A stretch of 64,000 bases of DNA, from NCBI GenBank assembly GCA_964035545.1, contig OZ037771.1, forward strand, positions 12,156,480 through 12,220,479, in the 5' to 3' direction. Positions 13,557-28,601 of the stretch are shown here, in pieces; position 1 is the first letter of the stretch; every line of letters begins with the position of its first letter. The stretch comes from Bugula neritina. Its lineage: Eukaryota > Animalia > Bryozoa. A program made the position numbers and the translations under genes. The notes below the pieces were generated by a model. It ran no database searches. It was given only the letters and a program-made list of their open reading frames with translations, and was not told the DNA's origin.

Positions 13557-16434
13557 TGAACCAATTGCAGTAAATTTCTGCATTTTCTAATACTTCTTAA
13601 ATTTATACCTAAAATAGTGCTGTCTTAAGAAAATGACACTAGCTGCTGTTTTCATGTATGTGCCCTAATTGTATTTAATGCTGTTGATTTGTTTAGTGCT
13701 TTTTCTATTTGTTTGTTATATAACTTTTCTTTTATGGTTGTTGCCAGCACCTAAAGCATTATTCATTAGTGTCAATTAATTTCTACTCACAGTTTTACTG
13801 TTACATAGTTTATAAAGCCCTTGTGTCAACTTTTCTAGATATCCTGGTTAAAATTGTTCTACTTGATGAATGGCATAGGGCATATGCAATAGCAAAACAG
13901 TTGCAGGCTGTTTTGGAAAAAAAATTGTGCATATAACCTTTATTTTATACATGTTATTTAGGCTTTGGTAGAACTGTTGGAGAGCCTTCCTCTTGAATAA
14001 AGCTACTCAACTTCCCGGATTCTACTTTATTGACATTAACCCACTACCTACAAAACGCCTTGAAATTTAGCTAATAAATTATGTATTTTGTGATTTTTTT
14101 TAAATGTACAATGTTATGTATGAATTACAATCAGTTTATATATATATATACATATCTTTTACTACTTAGTATTACAGTGTAAAAAGCATTTCAGGGTTAA
14201 CAATTTAATTAATTGGCCCTAACAGTAATTATGTATAATACAGATTTGCAGATGCTTTAAATGAACCCAAAAAGCTGATGTTGTTAAACAGTGTACAAAA
14301 TAGTCACCTCATATCAGCCAGACATGCTTAGTCATTACCTAGCATTAAAATCATATTATGAATGCAGTCAAGTTTTGATATGCATCCCTATTATTGATAG
14401 TTTGTGAACCAGCAATTAAATATCAAGAAGCAATATTACTAACCAATGTGCTGGTTAAAGAGTTTCAAGTTGTAGTTATAGTATCAAACTATTATAATGG
14501 CATAAAAACTATCAGTTAAAACATCTTATTAATATTTACTACAGGAATACATATTATAGGTGTGCTAAAAATCTGGTAGAAGCATCAATTATTTTAGATG
14601 TTTTGGATTTAGTATCTCTGTACTATAATGTAATATACTTGTGCTGTCTCCACAGTGCATTGATGGCACTAATGAATATTAATACATGCAGGCAGTGTTG
14701 GTAATGATTTATTGAAATAGGAGTTTAAAAACTGTTTAAACAACAATGAAAAGCCTGAGATTAGTCCAAGGAGAGGGGTATTTCAAGCTAGCAGATGAGC
14801 AATATAGATGCGAAAGTCTTGCCTAAAAATCATTATTGTAGCAAGTGATGCAAAATCTTCTAAGATGCTATGACTGTAGCAGTTTGCTACTAGTCTCAAG
14901 TAACAAACCAAATAGCCTTTCTTTGTGCCATCATCATCATCATCATCAGTTTTTACATTGGTTTGTTAATTACTTCATAAATCATTTATTACTTCATGCA
15001 ATATTTGTTCCTGCAATTTTGCAGAGTGGCAAAATGCATTTCAAAGACATATATTAAGTGATTTTAATTATACTAGAATTTTCAAACCAAGAATTTTTGG
15101 GGAGTTTTCTTCTTCCTAAGACATATGTGGCAATTGAACACATAATAAGTTGTGGGCCACAACTCCTTTATACAACCTTGCAAGAAATTATGCAGCCATT
15201 TAAATAGAAAAGGAATTATTGAATTTATTTATTCAACATTATTAGTATTTTACAAATATTTGTTGCATTTAATTAATGAGCATAAAATTTGTTTTACAAA
15301 CCCTGTAATTAACAGCATGGTAAAAATATATTATATATACTGGTATATATTTTGTATTGTATTAGATTTAGGCTACATTGCTAATTAAAATGAGTTAATG
15401 GCTAAGTTTAAATATCTTCGACTTATAGATTACATTTTTATGTGCTATAAAAATTTAACTCGTTTGTTACGACATTTCTCCATGCATAAAAGCAAAACTT
15501 ACGGCAAGAAATCCTTAGCTAGAAAGATAAATAATAATTTACTTTAATTACATCAAAAGCTAATATCAGCAAGCATTCTATAAATAATGGGAATTTACCT
15601 AGTGTAATTTTTCTTAAACTAGCTAAGCTTGCTTGGTACTTTAATAAGTTTATTGGCATAGTGTATTATGTTATACTTATATATTTTTAAGACTTTAAGG
15701 AAAATGATGTTTTAGCTGCGTTATTCCTAATGCAAGCCTTATAAATTTACAATATATACTAAAATATTATATTTGTAATTAGAAAGAAAACAAATTACTT
15801 TCATAAACTTATAATTATTGCATTCTGTTATTGTTAATGCTAGAATAACAAATTGAACACGGCATATGCTTCCCTAACCAGATGCTTTTAAACGGATTAA
15901 AAATAATTTGTCAATTTCTAATTATGAGGAACAAACTCCTGGGTAGTTTCTACATTTGCGCATGATTTTATCAAGATAGGCTTGCTTTTGTGTCAACCTG
16001 TAGCCAGTGCAACTATACTTTATGTAACGAGTAAAACAGACTCATTTCAAAGTACACAGTCTAAAGGGTAGGAATTACTACAAAGAAAAGTGCCGGTTAA
16101 AAGTTAATTATAATTGGAAAAAAGGTGAAATATCAGTCAGAAATTAAAAAGTGTCAACTAAAAAGGTGTATTGTTATTTCTTTTTGGCTTAATGAAAATG
16201 TTTTTTGAGGAAGAAGTACGAGAAACATCTAGGAGGGGTTCATATCCACCACTGGCGACTACCTGTTTATTGATGAAGAACTATCCAATGATAGTACAGT
16301 ATTATGGTCTTTTGCCTTATAATTGGCTTTGATTTTTTTATGTCTAATTACGATATACTAAACAGATGCAAAGTATGTTGTGCATAGGCAGTTTTTTTAT
16401 GTCTCTAAACAACATTCTAGGAAAATATATACTG

Positions 16435-18505
16435 AGAAAAATATAGGATAAAGAACAAAGAGTGTGGTGTAGTGATTGAAAAACTGAAGCAAAACCTGAG
16501 AGCTGTAAGCCAGAAGATAAACAGATATACAGAATGAGTTGATCAATATAACCAGAACACAATGTTTACAATGATAAGCGCTTTTATCAAGAATTACGAG
16601 GAAATAAATGTACATCTAAAGAGGCACCTGACAAGGAAATCAAAAGCATTCTGATAAAATATATGGGGTCAGCCAACTAAAAATAATACCAATGCAGAAT
16701 GGCTAAATAAAGTAAGCAACAAATTGGAGCATATGTAAAGACAAGGAAATTAGATCTCAGAAACGATGCAAACAACTGGAATAGCAATTAATGTCATAAG
16801 GTTGATAAGAAAAAGCAGGAAACCTAGAAAACACAACTGAAATACCTGGAAGAAAAGATAGGAGAAATAAAGATCAAACTAAGAATTGTCCAAGGAGACT
16901 CTTTATCTCTATCCCTTTTCTCCAACTACCGATTCGCATGACAGAAGCGGCTCAATGATGCAAATTTCGACGAGACAGAAAACAAACCATCTCCTATATG
17001 TGGATGACCTGAAGGTAAATAGGAAATCAAAGTCAGAACTGGAAGCTTTGGTAAACACTGCCAGGATCTTCACAAGGAATATAGAAATGAAATTTGGATT
17101 AAAAAATGTGCCACACTGGTTATGAGAAAGGGAAAGAAAATCAAGGACACAGGAATCAGTTTGCCTGATGAACAGGTAATCAAAGATCTGGGTGAGAAGC
17201 CGTATAAATATCTAGGAGTTCTTGAGATTGATAGAATACAAATATATGAAATGAAAAATAAGATCAAGGAGTACTACAAACAAATAAGAAAAGTTCTGGA
17301 TTCAAAACTGAATGGTGAGAACACAATCAAAGCAATAAACACATGGGCAGTAACAGCAGTGCATTACACAGCTAGAATACTTGACTGAACTGTTTCATGA
17401 GCTAAAAGATATGGACTGAAAGACAAGGAAGCTAATGACAACAAACCGTGCACCCTATCCGAGAGCAGATGTAGGCAGGCTGTATTTTAGCAGAAGGGAA
17501 GGCGGTAGAAGAATGTTGTCAACTGAAAAATGCATAAATATTGAAAACTGCAGCATGTCAGACTACATAAATATAACATAGACTGATAGGAACACCACAC
17601 TGAATACCTTCCTAAAAGACAAAACAGCGGTAGAACTAAATAATGATAAAGTGATAGAAAGAACTGATGAGTGTAAAGAAAAAGCTTCGCGTGGTCAATA
17701 CATCAAAATGGTGGAAGACATGAAAGCATTTTCCTGGAACTGGTTGAAGTATGGTTGGCTGAAAAAAGAAACAGAAGGACTGCTGACAGCTGCGCAAGAT
17801 CAACTATTCACTACTAGAAATTATAAAGTGGCTATGATGAGAGAACAGGGTAGCAAGAAGTGTGGAATGTGTAACGCAAGAGACAAAACTTCGATGCACG
17901 TATTGAGTGAGTTTGAGAAGGTAGCAGAAGGAGAATATAAGAAAAAACACAACCTTTTGGCATTGATAATTTCAATAGTAGTTGTGTGAACTTCGTGGGT
18001 TTCAGAAAAGTAAGAATTGGTACGACCATCAAGCAGAATCAGTACTGGAAAATGATAATGTAAAAACCTTGTAAGATTTTAACATACACACTGACGTAGT
18101 CATCAAAGTTAGGAGACCCGATATATTAGTAGTTGACAAGCATAATGCTGAAACAACGATAATTGATATCACAGTCCCTGTTAACTACAGAGTAAAAGAA
18201 AAAAATTCGAAAAGTTAGGAAAATATCAGAATTTAGCACTAGAATAAACCCGCCTTTGGAAAACATCAAAAGAGTCATCCCGTTGTAACTGGAGCCTTTG
18301 GAGCTTTATACAAGATTGTAGACTGGCTGACACTACTTGGAGTAGCTGAAAACAAATGCTCACTAATTCAGCAGACACCCTTACTAGGATCAGGATAAGC
18401 TCACATCCTGAGGAAAGTTCTATCCATTTCAGCCTAGTATAACTAGGCCAATGATAAAAGGTTACACCAGCTAAAAAACTGCGGTCAATCAACAATAATA
18501 ATAAT
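16435..18505 (+). mobile_element. Mirror copy of the R4/Dong element, 5'-truncated at the arm boundary
   Basis: ORFs 16886-17125 (YVDDLK), 17122-17388 and 17651-17989. RLE motif at ~18075-18240. Ends in caataataataat. Confidence 0.9.
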
Positions 18506-19599
18506 ATACAACTATATTAGTGCAGTTGGTTCTATTATTAGATTAGCATATCGATTATGACTTTTCGATTGCCACCCTGATACTATGAGTAAAATGTACA
18601 AGCATACGTGAAAGTATAGATATGATCATAAGTATAAAAATAGGTATAAGTATAAATATAGGTACAAGTATAAAACGAATGATTATATTAATAATAATAT
18701 TAGTCAGTGATACCTATAACCGTAATGGTTTTTAGACTTACAGTTATCATTAACATTAGCTGAGTAATATGATTAGTTAAAATAATGGTATTCATTATTA
18801 TATCATAGTTATAAGTTATAACTTTAGTCTCTAAAGAGCAACAGCAAGTGTAATTGGGATATTCATATTAAATTTCATATTCACATGGTGCAATGTTTAT
18901 GTTATGAACTAATTTATTCCTTCAACATTTAACTATAAATATGATTAACACTAACTTTGACCAGCAGTATTACTAAAAGAAGCGTATTACACATATAAGA
19001 TAATAAAATTCTAGTAGTAGGACTAATAGTATTACTAGGTCCAGTATTATTCTTGTTATCTTATTCATCATTCATGAGTTATCAAATTTAAAATTACTAC
19101 TTATTAGCATCAGCATATAAAAAGTAAGTTCATTAGGAATAATTATCATGAGGTATGATCTATGATTTGCATTATCTATATATAGTTTAATATCAATATG
19201 ATATATTATTATTGCTGATAGTCTATGTTATAGTTAAATTTATACTTATCCTTACAGTTACCTATAGTAGCACTTATTAGTTATTTGTGGTAGCCAAACT
19301 AATGTTTAATATTAATAAATTAAACTGAGTATCATAAAAGTGTTACTAATAATTTTAATTATAATCGTAATGGTGATCATATTACTTTATTATAATTATT
19401 ATATTTAATCATTAATGCTAAACTGAGTTAATGTATATACTTTGAGTTTTACTATTACTCATTATATTTACACTTATAGTAAAACTAAATATGTAAAAGT
19501 TATACCTATACTATTATTATTCGTATTTCATTAGACTTACATCTAAGATCGCAGTCCTATTACTACTACCACTAATACTAGTACTACTACTAGTACTAG

Positions 19600-19634
<35 letters not shown>

Positions 19635-22600
19635 ATAGTACTGTTACTACTACTACTACTAGTACTACTACTAGGTCTACTACTGTACTAGTACAACTAC
19701 AAACTTTGAAAATAACTGCAAGAAAGGTATGACTTACTCTTTTTCTTAGTCTTACTGTGACTCTCAGTCGTAATGTAAAATAAAATTGTGAACTGTAAAG
19801 TTAAACCCAAGGCTGAAATTTATTTAATTAAATTGAGACAATCTGAATCATTGGCTCAATCCTTGAGTTTGACTATTACTATTATTATTAGTGTTACGAT
19901 TGTCATTGTGATTATCATTGGCATTATGCCATTATCATTATGATTATGATTGTAATTGTTATTGTGGTAATTCTAACATTAATTATAATCATAAATTAAA
20001 AGGTACTGATTAATGATAATTATTTTCATTTTGTAATCATAATGATAATCATAATGATGTAAATTTTGATGTAAAACCAAAATACTAAAACTAAAAGTAA
20101 AAGTTATAAAATTAAATGATAAAATATTATAATGATAATTATTATATTTATTATATTATTATTGAATATATTATTTCATTAGAAAATAGGTTGCAGCTTA
20201 GCATGATTAAAATTCAGTAAAAATTAGTTTACCAACAGCAAACATGCATGCGTCTTGTCAACATTCAATTCGTAGTGCTATAGCGAAGCCAGATTACTGG
20301 TAGTACGACTACTAGAACTACTACTACTAGTGATGGATTACAGATCCTTGGCGATTTTAGCTGTGAGTGACCTTTACCTCACATTCTCGTCATGTGCGCG
20401 GCATTAGACTAAGTAGAGGGTATAAAGCGCTGAGCTGGAAAAGAAATAATATATTATAATTATAGGTAATACTAATAGTAATATAATTTATGGTAATATA
20501 TAGGTAATATTATTGAGTTCATTGGTATGGAGTATAGACCTATCACTGATAGTATCAGTATCAGCTACCACTTACGTACTACTTCAACTTATAACTTACT
20601 ACTCAACTCAAACTGCTTGGAATCATTTGTCTTTGATCATATTGGCATTGTCATTGTGATTGTAGTAACTATTAATATTTTTAGTTCAATATCAATGTCG
20701 AACATATTGTAATAACTAATAAGATAATCATAAGGTTGATATATTTTGCTAATACTAATACTAATAGTTATAGTAATTCAGTGTCACTCTCACTCTGTCA
20801 CTGTCAGTGGACTGTTGGAGTGAGACTCAGACTTAGAGTTACTGTTAGAGACAGAGTGAGTCCGAGTAAGTCTGAGTGTTGGTAATAGTAATAGTCATAT
20901 AAATTTAAATTATATTTACTTATTTCTAGCAATCACAATGGCAATAGTTATAGTAACTTTCACTTACTCTTAAATCATTGAACCTGAACTAAAAGTAAAA
21001 TTAAGCATTATGATTATGATTATCATTATGATTATACCTGTGATTTTATTATGTTTAAATTAAAAATTAATATCATGATAATATCATAGTGATAGACATA
21101 TTATTGATAAATGATAATGTAAAAGTAATTTGATAAATTATACATTGATTTTGAATTAGGGTGATACTGATACTAGACCGGTACTGAAAGTGATAGTAAT
21201 ACTAATAGTAATAGTAATAGTCATATAAATTTAAGTTATATTTACTCATTACCGGCAATCACAATGGCAATAGTAACTTAAACTGTAACAGTAATGGTAT
21301 GGGTATGTTTGAAATTGTCACTATCAATATTGCTATGAATCAAAATATAATGCTATCATACCAATAATTTAAAATAGTATTACAAAGCTTCAGTTGCAAC
21401 TTTTACTTGTACCAATTTGGAATTTTGAATTATACATATTCTTAGTTAAAGTCTTCAAGTTCATTGTCAAAATGAACTTGAAATTAAAGACTTAGTCGTA
21501 AAAATTAAACTAAGACTGACTGTAAGTGACTAAGATTAAAAATAAGTAATTTTAAATATCGATTTAGTATTTTTCTTACTCTTTGTCTTAAAATTGACTT
21601 TTATTTTGCACCTACTCCTGGTCAATGACTCTTTGTTCTATTTATATTACTATTGCTATTAGTATAATTGACTTAAATTTAATAATAGATATGATTATAT
21701 CTTTATAAATGTGATATTTGATTTTATGAATAGTAATTCGAAAACTCTTTGGTATTATTTATTTTTGATCATTGTAATTATTATCATTATATTTGTATAA
21801 TAATTATGATTATCAAATTCAATATCGATATTTGTATTATGGTATGGATATCTGCCTCCATCCCATGTTCTGTTTTGCAGTGCCTTTTTACATTCACGTC
21901 TAGGTTCACATTGCGATGGTCATACTGATAGCACTTGGGGACAGTGATGAGCATAATGATTATCACTAATATTAAGATTATCGTAATTAGGATTTAGAAT
22001 AATTTAATAAACAAGCAACTTAAAACAAATGTTTTTACTAATATACATATTAATTACTAATATAAATATACTACTATGAATATTATAATTATTATACTTT
22101 ACAATTCAAAGTAAGATAATCATAATACGAACTGGTAAAACTAAATATAAAGTAAATGTAATAATACTAATAGTAGTTATCCATTCCCCTTTGGTTTCAC
22201 ATACTAATAATTGGAAACCTCTGTCCTAATATTATTTCTATTAATATTGCTCAAAGTTTGATCCCTATTTAATTTTATAGTTCACTCACCAGCTACATAA
22301 TTTTATTAAAATACATGTGGTATTGGTTATAGTAATAGTGAAACTTGAAGTTGAATAGCATGCTTATTACTCACTGCTCTTTGCTTACATTATTAGGGTT
22401 ACTATTTAGTCTTAGAGATACCCTAACATAAACTTGAAAGCTGGAGGTAGTACTAGTCTAGTGCTGTGTTAATCCTACACTGTTGACTTATCAACACTGT
22501 GACTATAATTATGACTCCTAAGTCAAAGTCATTTTCATATAGTAGTAATCACTATGACAGACTGAAAGTCAGGATGACTAAATATAATGGTAAAGTGTGT

Positions 22601-24418
22601 AAGAATAAATCATACTCAATCAATTACTTTTAGTTTTGTTACCAGTGTTGGGTCAACTTTCAGAATAAAGAATAAATATAATTATAAAGATAAATGGATA
22701 AAAATTCCAATCATGGTTTAATGTGCCTATTTTAAGCTGTTAATTTAATTACTATAATATAAGTGCTCAAAATACAACTTTTGATTTTCATAATTATGTT
22801 TTAATTTAATACAGACACCATAGTATCATATACAGTAGAATCAGTTGTATCTTATTTAATAATGAAGTAACTTATTGGAGCTTTCACAGTTATTAATTAT
22901 TCACTTGTTAGTCTTTGAACTGGGACAATGTTTGAAACTTGAAGTAGAATGAAGTTTGATTTCAGTTACCGCAATGGTATATGCAGTCACAATAGGAATA
23001 CGCATATAACTATGTTTATATTTGTGAAAAATATATAGTCAAAACTAGATAAGGTAATAGTAATTATAATTGGTTTCACTTTTAATATATTCCTATAAAC
23101 TGGAAAATAGACAGAAGCATTTAATCATGAAAGTAAACCTAGTGGAAGTAAATCAATTCACTAAGTATAGTAAAATATTTACTATTCAGTGAGTTTATTT
23201 ACTTTAGTTAATTGTACTTGATTATTTCTGTCGGTTTTTCAGTTGATTTTTCTACCTTTTGCTATAGCATATCAAACTACCACAGAGTCATGCTTCCGTA
23301 TTACAATTATAAAAATAGTGTTACTGTGTAATGTTATAGTAATGTAATAGTAATATTTGGATCATTGTAAGTATTTCTGTTGTTGTACTGATTGATAAAT
23401 ATTTTTTAGCTTGCATGGATATTTGCAACGATCAAGATGTCATTTGAACCTGGACTGGAATAAAGATGGCAAATCGAGAAGCTAGCTACAATTATTCTGC
23501 AGAAAGAAACTTGGTAAGCAAAAATAAGCTGCAGCATTAAGCAGTAAGCAATATGACGATGAACTTTGCTTGATTTTGATTGACCTTAAAATATCCTGGT
23601 CACCTTTCACCAACGTGGTCCTGCGCGGGTGGCGGGTGACCTTAAAATGTCTGTTGCACGTAAAATAAATTTTGTGACAGTCAAAAGTATGCTGATCTTT
23701 TTCGTATTTCAGTGCATCGGTGTCTTAGCTTAAGAGCTGAACCCAACAATTATGATCTAAAGCTGTTTTTTACTAGAAAGTGATTTTACTGTCTTTCTGA
23801 TTATTCTTGGTTTTTCAGCTTGATGAATTGAATAAATGGATTTGATTTCGGGTATTATGTAATGGATGAAAGAAATTTTTCTTAAATTTGTACTGAGCAA
23901 TTTTTGCTATTGCTATGATGTTTAGTGATAAAATTGCACCCTTAATAACCTTGAAAAATTTCATTACTAGCATTTGTTTATGTTCATTTTTAGGAAATTG
24001 AAATGAAGACACAACTCACCGATGCTATTTCACAGTGCCTGCATGCAGTTTATCTAAAAAGGTACTCCTATTAGCTGGCTCTTGCCCAATACCTGGTTGT
24101 CTCTGTAACTATTTTTTACTCGCAGATGGGTTTTCTGAACTTGATATTTTATTGATTTTGAAAGTTATAGTGAGCTCTGAGTTTGCTAGCATCGTTTTTA
24201 AAGACTTGCTGGAGTTCTCATCAACATTTTTTAAGTCGATGGTGTTAGTCTGGAAGCTCTCTCACTCCTCTCTCTGTCTCTTTCTCTCACACCTTCCACT
24301 CAACCTCCCTCTCTCTCTCTCCCACTCTCTGTCTCTCCCACCTTCTCTCTCTCTCTTCTAACCTTTCTCTCCTATCTTTTCCACTATCTCTCTGACTCTC
24401 TCCCTTTCTCTCTTCTAC

Positions 24419-24474
<56 letters not shown>

Positions 24475-25376
24475 GTTTGCATGGCTTTACCCAATTTTGG
24501 TTTATTTTTTTATTTTGTTTCAGAGTATCCAAAAAGAAAGCTAAAATTTATTTAATATATATTATACCAACTTGAGCTTTACATATAATATCAAATAAAT
24601 GCTGTGTTTTGTTAAAATCAATGTTTGCAACTTTGTAGTATATTCAAATTCATAATTTATTTGTAGAGTCACACAACAAGACACTACTCTGACACACTCA
24701 CAAGTTACCACTGATCCAGCAGTATAGATGATTGTTTTCTCCACTGGCTATGCTGTCACGCTTTACTGATGTGGTGTTTAAAACAAACCAATTGTTTGCC
24801 TACGAAGACTAGGGTAAGAAAAAAGTGATCATCACCTGAATCCAAATTAAAGCTGTTTTTTTTATACAAACTAAACTTAGTTTTTATTGAATAAAAAACA
24901 AAGTGAAATCATTAGTTATCAGTCAAATGACTAAATCACTGTTTATAAAGATGAAACACAAATAATCTTATAATATGCTAATGAAGTTTGGCTTTCAAAT
25001 AGCTTTTTTCTGTATATTTGTTGAGGAAGTTTATCTCCAACAAAACTTAGTAGCTGTTGAATATGTGGAGAGTATTTTATGTTGCATAAATTTATAGAGT
25101 AAAAGGTTCTTATCAAAATTTTACAACTTAGCTCATCTACGGTTTAAAAGTGTCAGTCACCCTTCATGCACACTAGAGTTTTATAAAGTTTTAATGAATG
25201 TGCAGTATTTCATAGAATATTGTGTGTCTCGTGAATTTAGCTATTTATACCTTTTCAGTGAGATTGGAGTAAACACACCTCAAAATTCACATCTGGTATC
25301 ACATTGATTTATCGCAAGTAAAAGTACACCAACTAACTAGTCCTTCCCTAATTATACCTGCTTGCTTTTGCACTTC

Positions 25377-25597
25377 AAAGGGAGCAGCCGTGGTCTAGGG
25401 GTTAAAGCATTTGCTTTGTCAACACGAAGTCATGGGTTCGAACCCGACAGAGGCTATTGGTGATGTTAGGAAGAGTATTCAGTCATAATTGCTCCTGTGC
25501 CTCATTTGAACAAGTCCTTAGCCCGTTCTAATCAAAACTCTTTCCAACAGGGGTTTCTCACAGGGATAGCAACTATAAAGTTGCATGGGTTTTCTTT
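25377..25597 (+). mobile_element. tRNA-derived SINE with 11-bp TSD
   Basis: A-box tggtctagggg (~25391) and B-box ggttcgaaccc (~25435). TSD ttttgcacttc at 25366-25376 and 25598-25608. The empty site is present in the left arm (~958-968, gaagtgcaaaa). Confidence 0.92.
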
Positions 25598-28500
25598 TTT
25601 TGCACTTCTACTTATTTCATATACTTAACCTTTCTCTTGCAGATGAATTACATCTTTTAAGTTGTGAAAGCCTTAAATAGCATGAAATTAATGAGGTTTA
25701 AACCATGCCCACACTAACTAATGATGTGTTTATTGATGGGTAAATTACAGGAAAATATTGTCTCTTTCTTTTTAGATTTACCTACAGTATGACAAACTGC
25801 TGATGGAGGCTTTGCTGAAATTCTTAGGTGATGATTTGTCAATAGTTTACCAGAAAAGATGATACCACGGTGGCTGACGTCATTATGCAGTTTCCAGATT
25901 TCTTTCGGCTTTGCTCTAGTGAAAATGTTGACGAACAATCAACAAAAAGGTTTGTACCATAAAGGAAATTATTGTGTACATGTTGCCAAAGCATAAAGTG
26001 TACTGGACATTTTTAAGTTTCTGTTGAGTTTCGTTTATGCTTTCACTGCATGAAAAAAGTTCCGAGTTTCAGTTAATATCACTCGACCAAGTCCCCAGCT
26101 ATATTTTAAATCATATTGATGCAGAAGTTCTTTTTATAATATTAAAAGTATAACTTGCTTAATCGCTATTTGATGCCCTTTGAAGTTTCCAAACGTAATT
26201 AATTAGTTGATTTGGCAGCATAAGATCGATGATTGATGAAGGCAGCCGATATAATTATAAACATAAGTATCTATATCTATATGAAGTTGTCATTCCAAAT
26301 GATGGTTATTCTGAAATCAGCTGATTAAGTTATCACAAACTAAACATTTTGACCAGTGGCTTTTAAAATGCAACTCGGTGAAATTTCAATCCTAGATAAA
26401 TTGAATTTCTTACTGAAAATCGTGAAGATATTAACGAAAATTTAAAGGGTTATCTCTCTGCGAATTCTAATAGCATGGTGCCAATTAGACTTTAAAGAAT
26501 TCCAAGGCACTATAAAGCATTAAGCCCATTTATGCAAGTAGTTTCAAAGTGCACTGGAATTTCAGTTTACTTGTCATAGTATAGAATACTATTGCCTGCC
26601 TCTTTTAAGCATCTGTAATGTATTAACTACAGTTTGCTTTCAGAAGTGAATTTCTACTTGGTATTTTTGCTAATCATTCTGTTGTTTGCCAGTAGTCTCA
26701 ATTTAATGGAGTTTCCCATTTCAAAGGTGGTTGTGACAATCAAACACATCATGCAGCCTGCAACTACACAATCAATCAGTAATTTCTATTGAAATAGCTT
26801 GTCTGGTTTTTGTTGCTCACCTGAAAGTCTGAGCCTCATCCAAATTGCAAGTTTTTAGAGTTGTTAATTTTTCATGCAGTCTTTCATTTCTTTGTTAGGC
26901 AAGAAATTAGTAACCACTAAAGTCTAGACCTAGTCTTCCATCTGCATGTATACCCATTGTTTGTCCATAAAATAAAACCCTCTACCTAAATTGCACTGAA
27001 TATTGAACTAATAATGAAAATGAATTCCCTAAACTAAAAGTAGCAGTGTGATTTTGGTATTAAAATCAGTTACTAGCATAGAGTCAAGTTATTAACAGGA
27101 ATTTTCAAGTTGAAATGAATGAACTTCATTCTAAATCAGCAAAGTTTAGTCTAAGTAAGCATAGCATTACATCATGTTCTTATTTAACATTGGTAGAAGG
27201 CAACATTTATTTTAAGGACTGTTGTAAACTTAAATGTAATTTTAAGTACTTTCCATGTTTGTTATTGTAGATGGTTCTGTTCTTTGGAATGGATGTGACA
27301 ACTCCCTGTGTCAAAATTAACTGATTGACTACTGAATCCCAATCATGTATTTTGCCAAAAAATGTGTGTCTATTTCATTAGAGAAGATATTAAAAATAAT
27401 TTTGAAACTTCGTCTAGCCAAAAATAACACAGCAGTTTCATTTTTTTAAAAAGTAGCATTTGCCCAAAATTTATTATGTAGTCGAACAATTTCTAGAGAA
27501 AACAGATCTTTCTTCCAGTTTTGCTGATGAATTACACGTTCCATTACCTGCTTGTATTTATAATTTTTTTTGTGCGAGTCAATTAAACTCAATGCAACCT
27601 AGAAATGTCTGAATTTCAGATTTTAATTTCAAGCTTGAATATTCACATTTTTATGTCTGCGTTTGGAAGCTTTGTTGTGTTACTTTACTTTTTATACTTT
27701 CTGAAATAAATATCTTTTCAGCCTCTGCCCATCCATGATTAGAATAGTATAATAATATTTGATTTTTCTTCAATTTTAATAGATGAAAATGTTGATCAGT
27801 TGGAGTATTCAGTTTAGCTGAAGTAACTTGTTTCAAAAAAAGCATTTTTTTGGAATTGTCTGCTCTTCCTTTTAGTAATTTTTAAACCTATGGTAAACGT
27901 ATTAATTATAACTTTTTAAAGATGCGTGTGAACCTAACAAATTAGCATAACTATCAAATAACATTATTGAAATATCCGCATTAAATTTAGCAGACAATCG
28001 GCCACCCAATGAACTTGAAAGATATTGGATTTCTAGTTCAGCGCTGCCATAAATCTAGATATAATGATATAAAGCCAAAACTCATTAATGCATGCAATTA
28101 TCCACCCATTCCCTGACAAAGAATCGAGATAATAACTCCAAAGTTCGTTAGTTAGAGCCACAGTAATAATACTTTAATCCTAATAATTGTCAAGTTTAAT
28201 TTTATACCAAGCCCCAACAAGTACATATCACTATGACAACACAGCCTAAGCACCTCAAATGCAAGAAATTTAGTAATGTGGTGCTACAAATCCTCCAGTT
28301 ACAAATGAGTAGACCTTTCATGATTATTGGTCTACCATAATGTTTATTTAGCTGTAGGGACTAGCATAAATGCTATTATATGTGGAAGGTATTTGAAAAG
28401 CTTCCAACTCTAATTTCAACTATGGGCTATTGTAATTATGCGGATAGTCAAGATACTACACTCAGACTGCCCTATTACAGTACTATGATTGGCTACTGCA

Positions 28501-28601
28501 AAACTTATGCCGATAGACAACATTTATTTCAGATGCAATGTATCTCGAAATTGCACATAAGTCTTATGTATGAGATCCAGATACTGTAAAATTATGCCCT
28601 G

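Larger units (their letters stand above)
16435..26567 (-). repeat. Right arm of the inverted duplication
   Basis: Continuous reverse-complement match to 1-10214, apart from small indels, a SINE insertion and a single copy of the 127-bp unit. Confidence 0.97.

Noticed and set aside
25381-25456. Functional tRNA gene
   Set aside because: Acceptor and anticodon stems pair poorly, and it is the head of a TSD-flanked insertion absent from the other arm.
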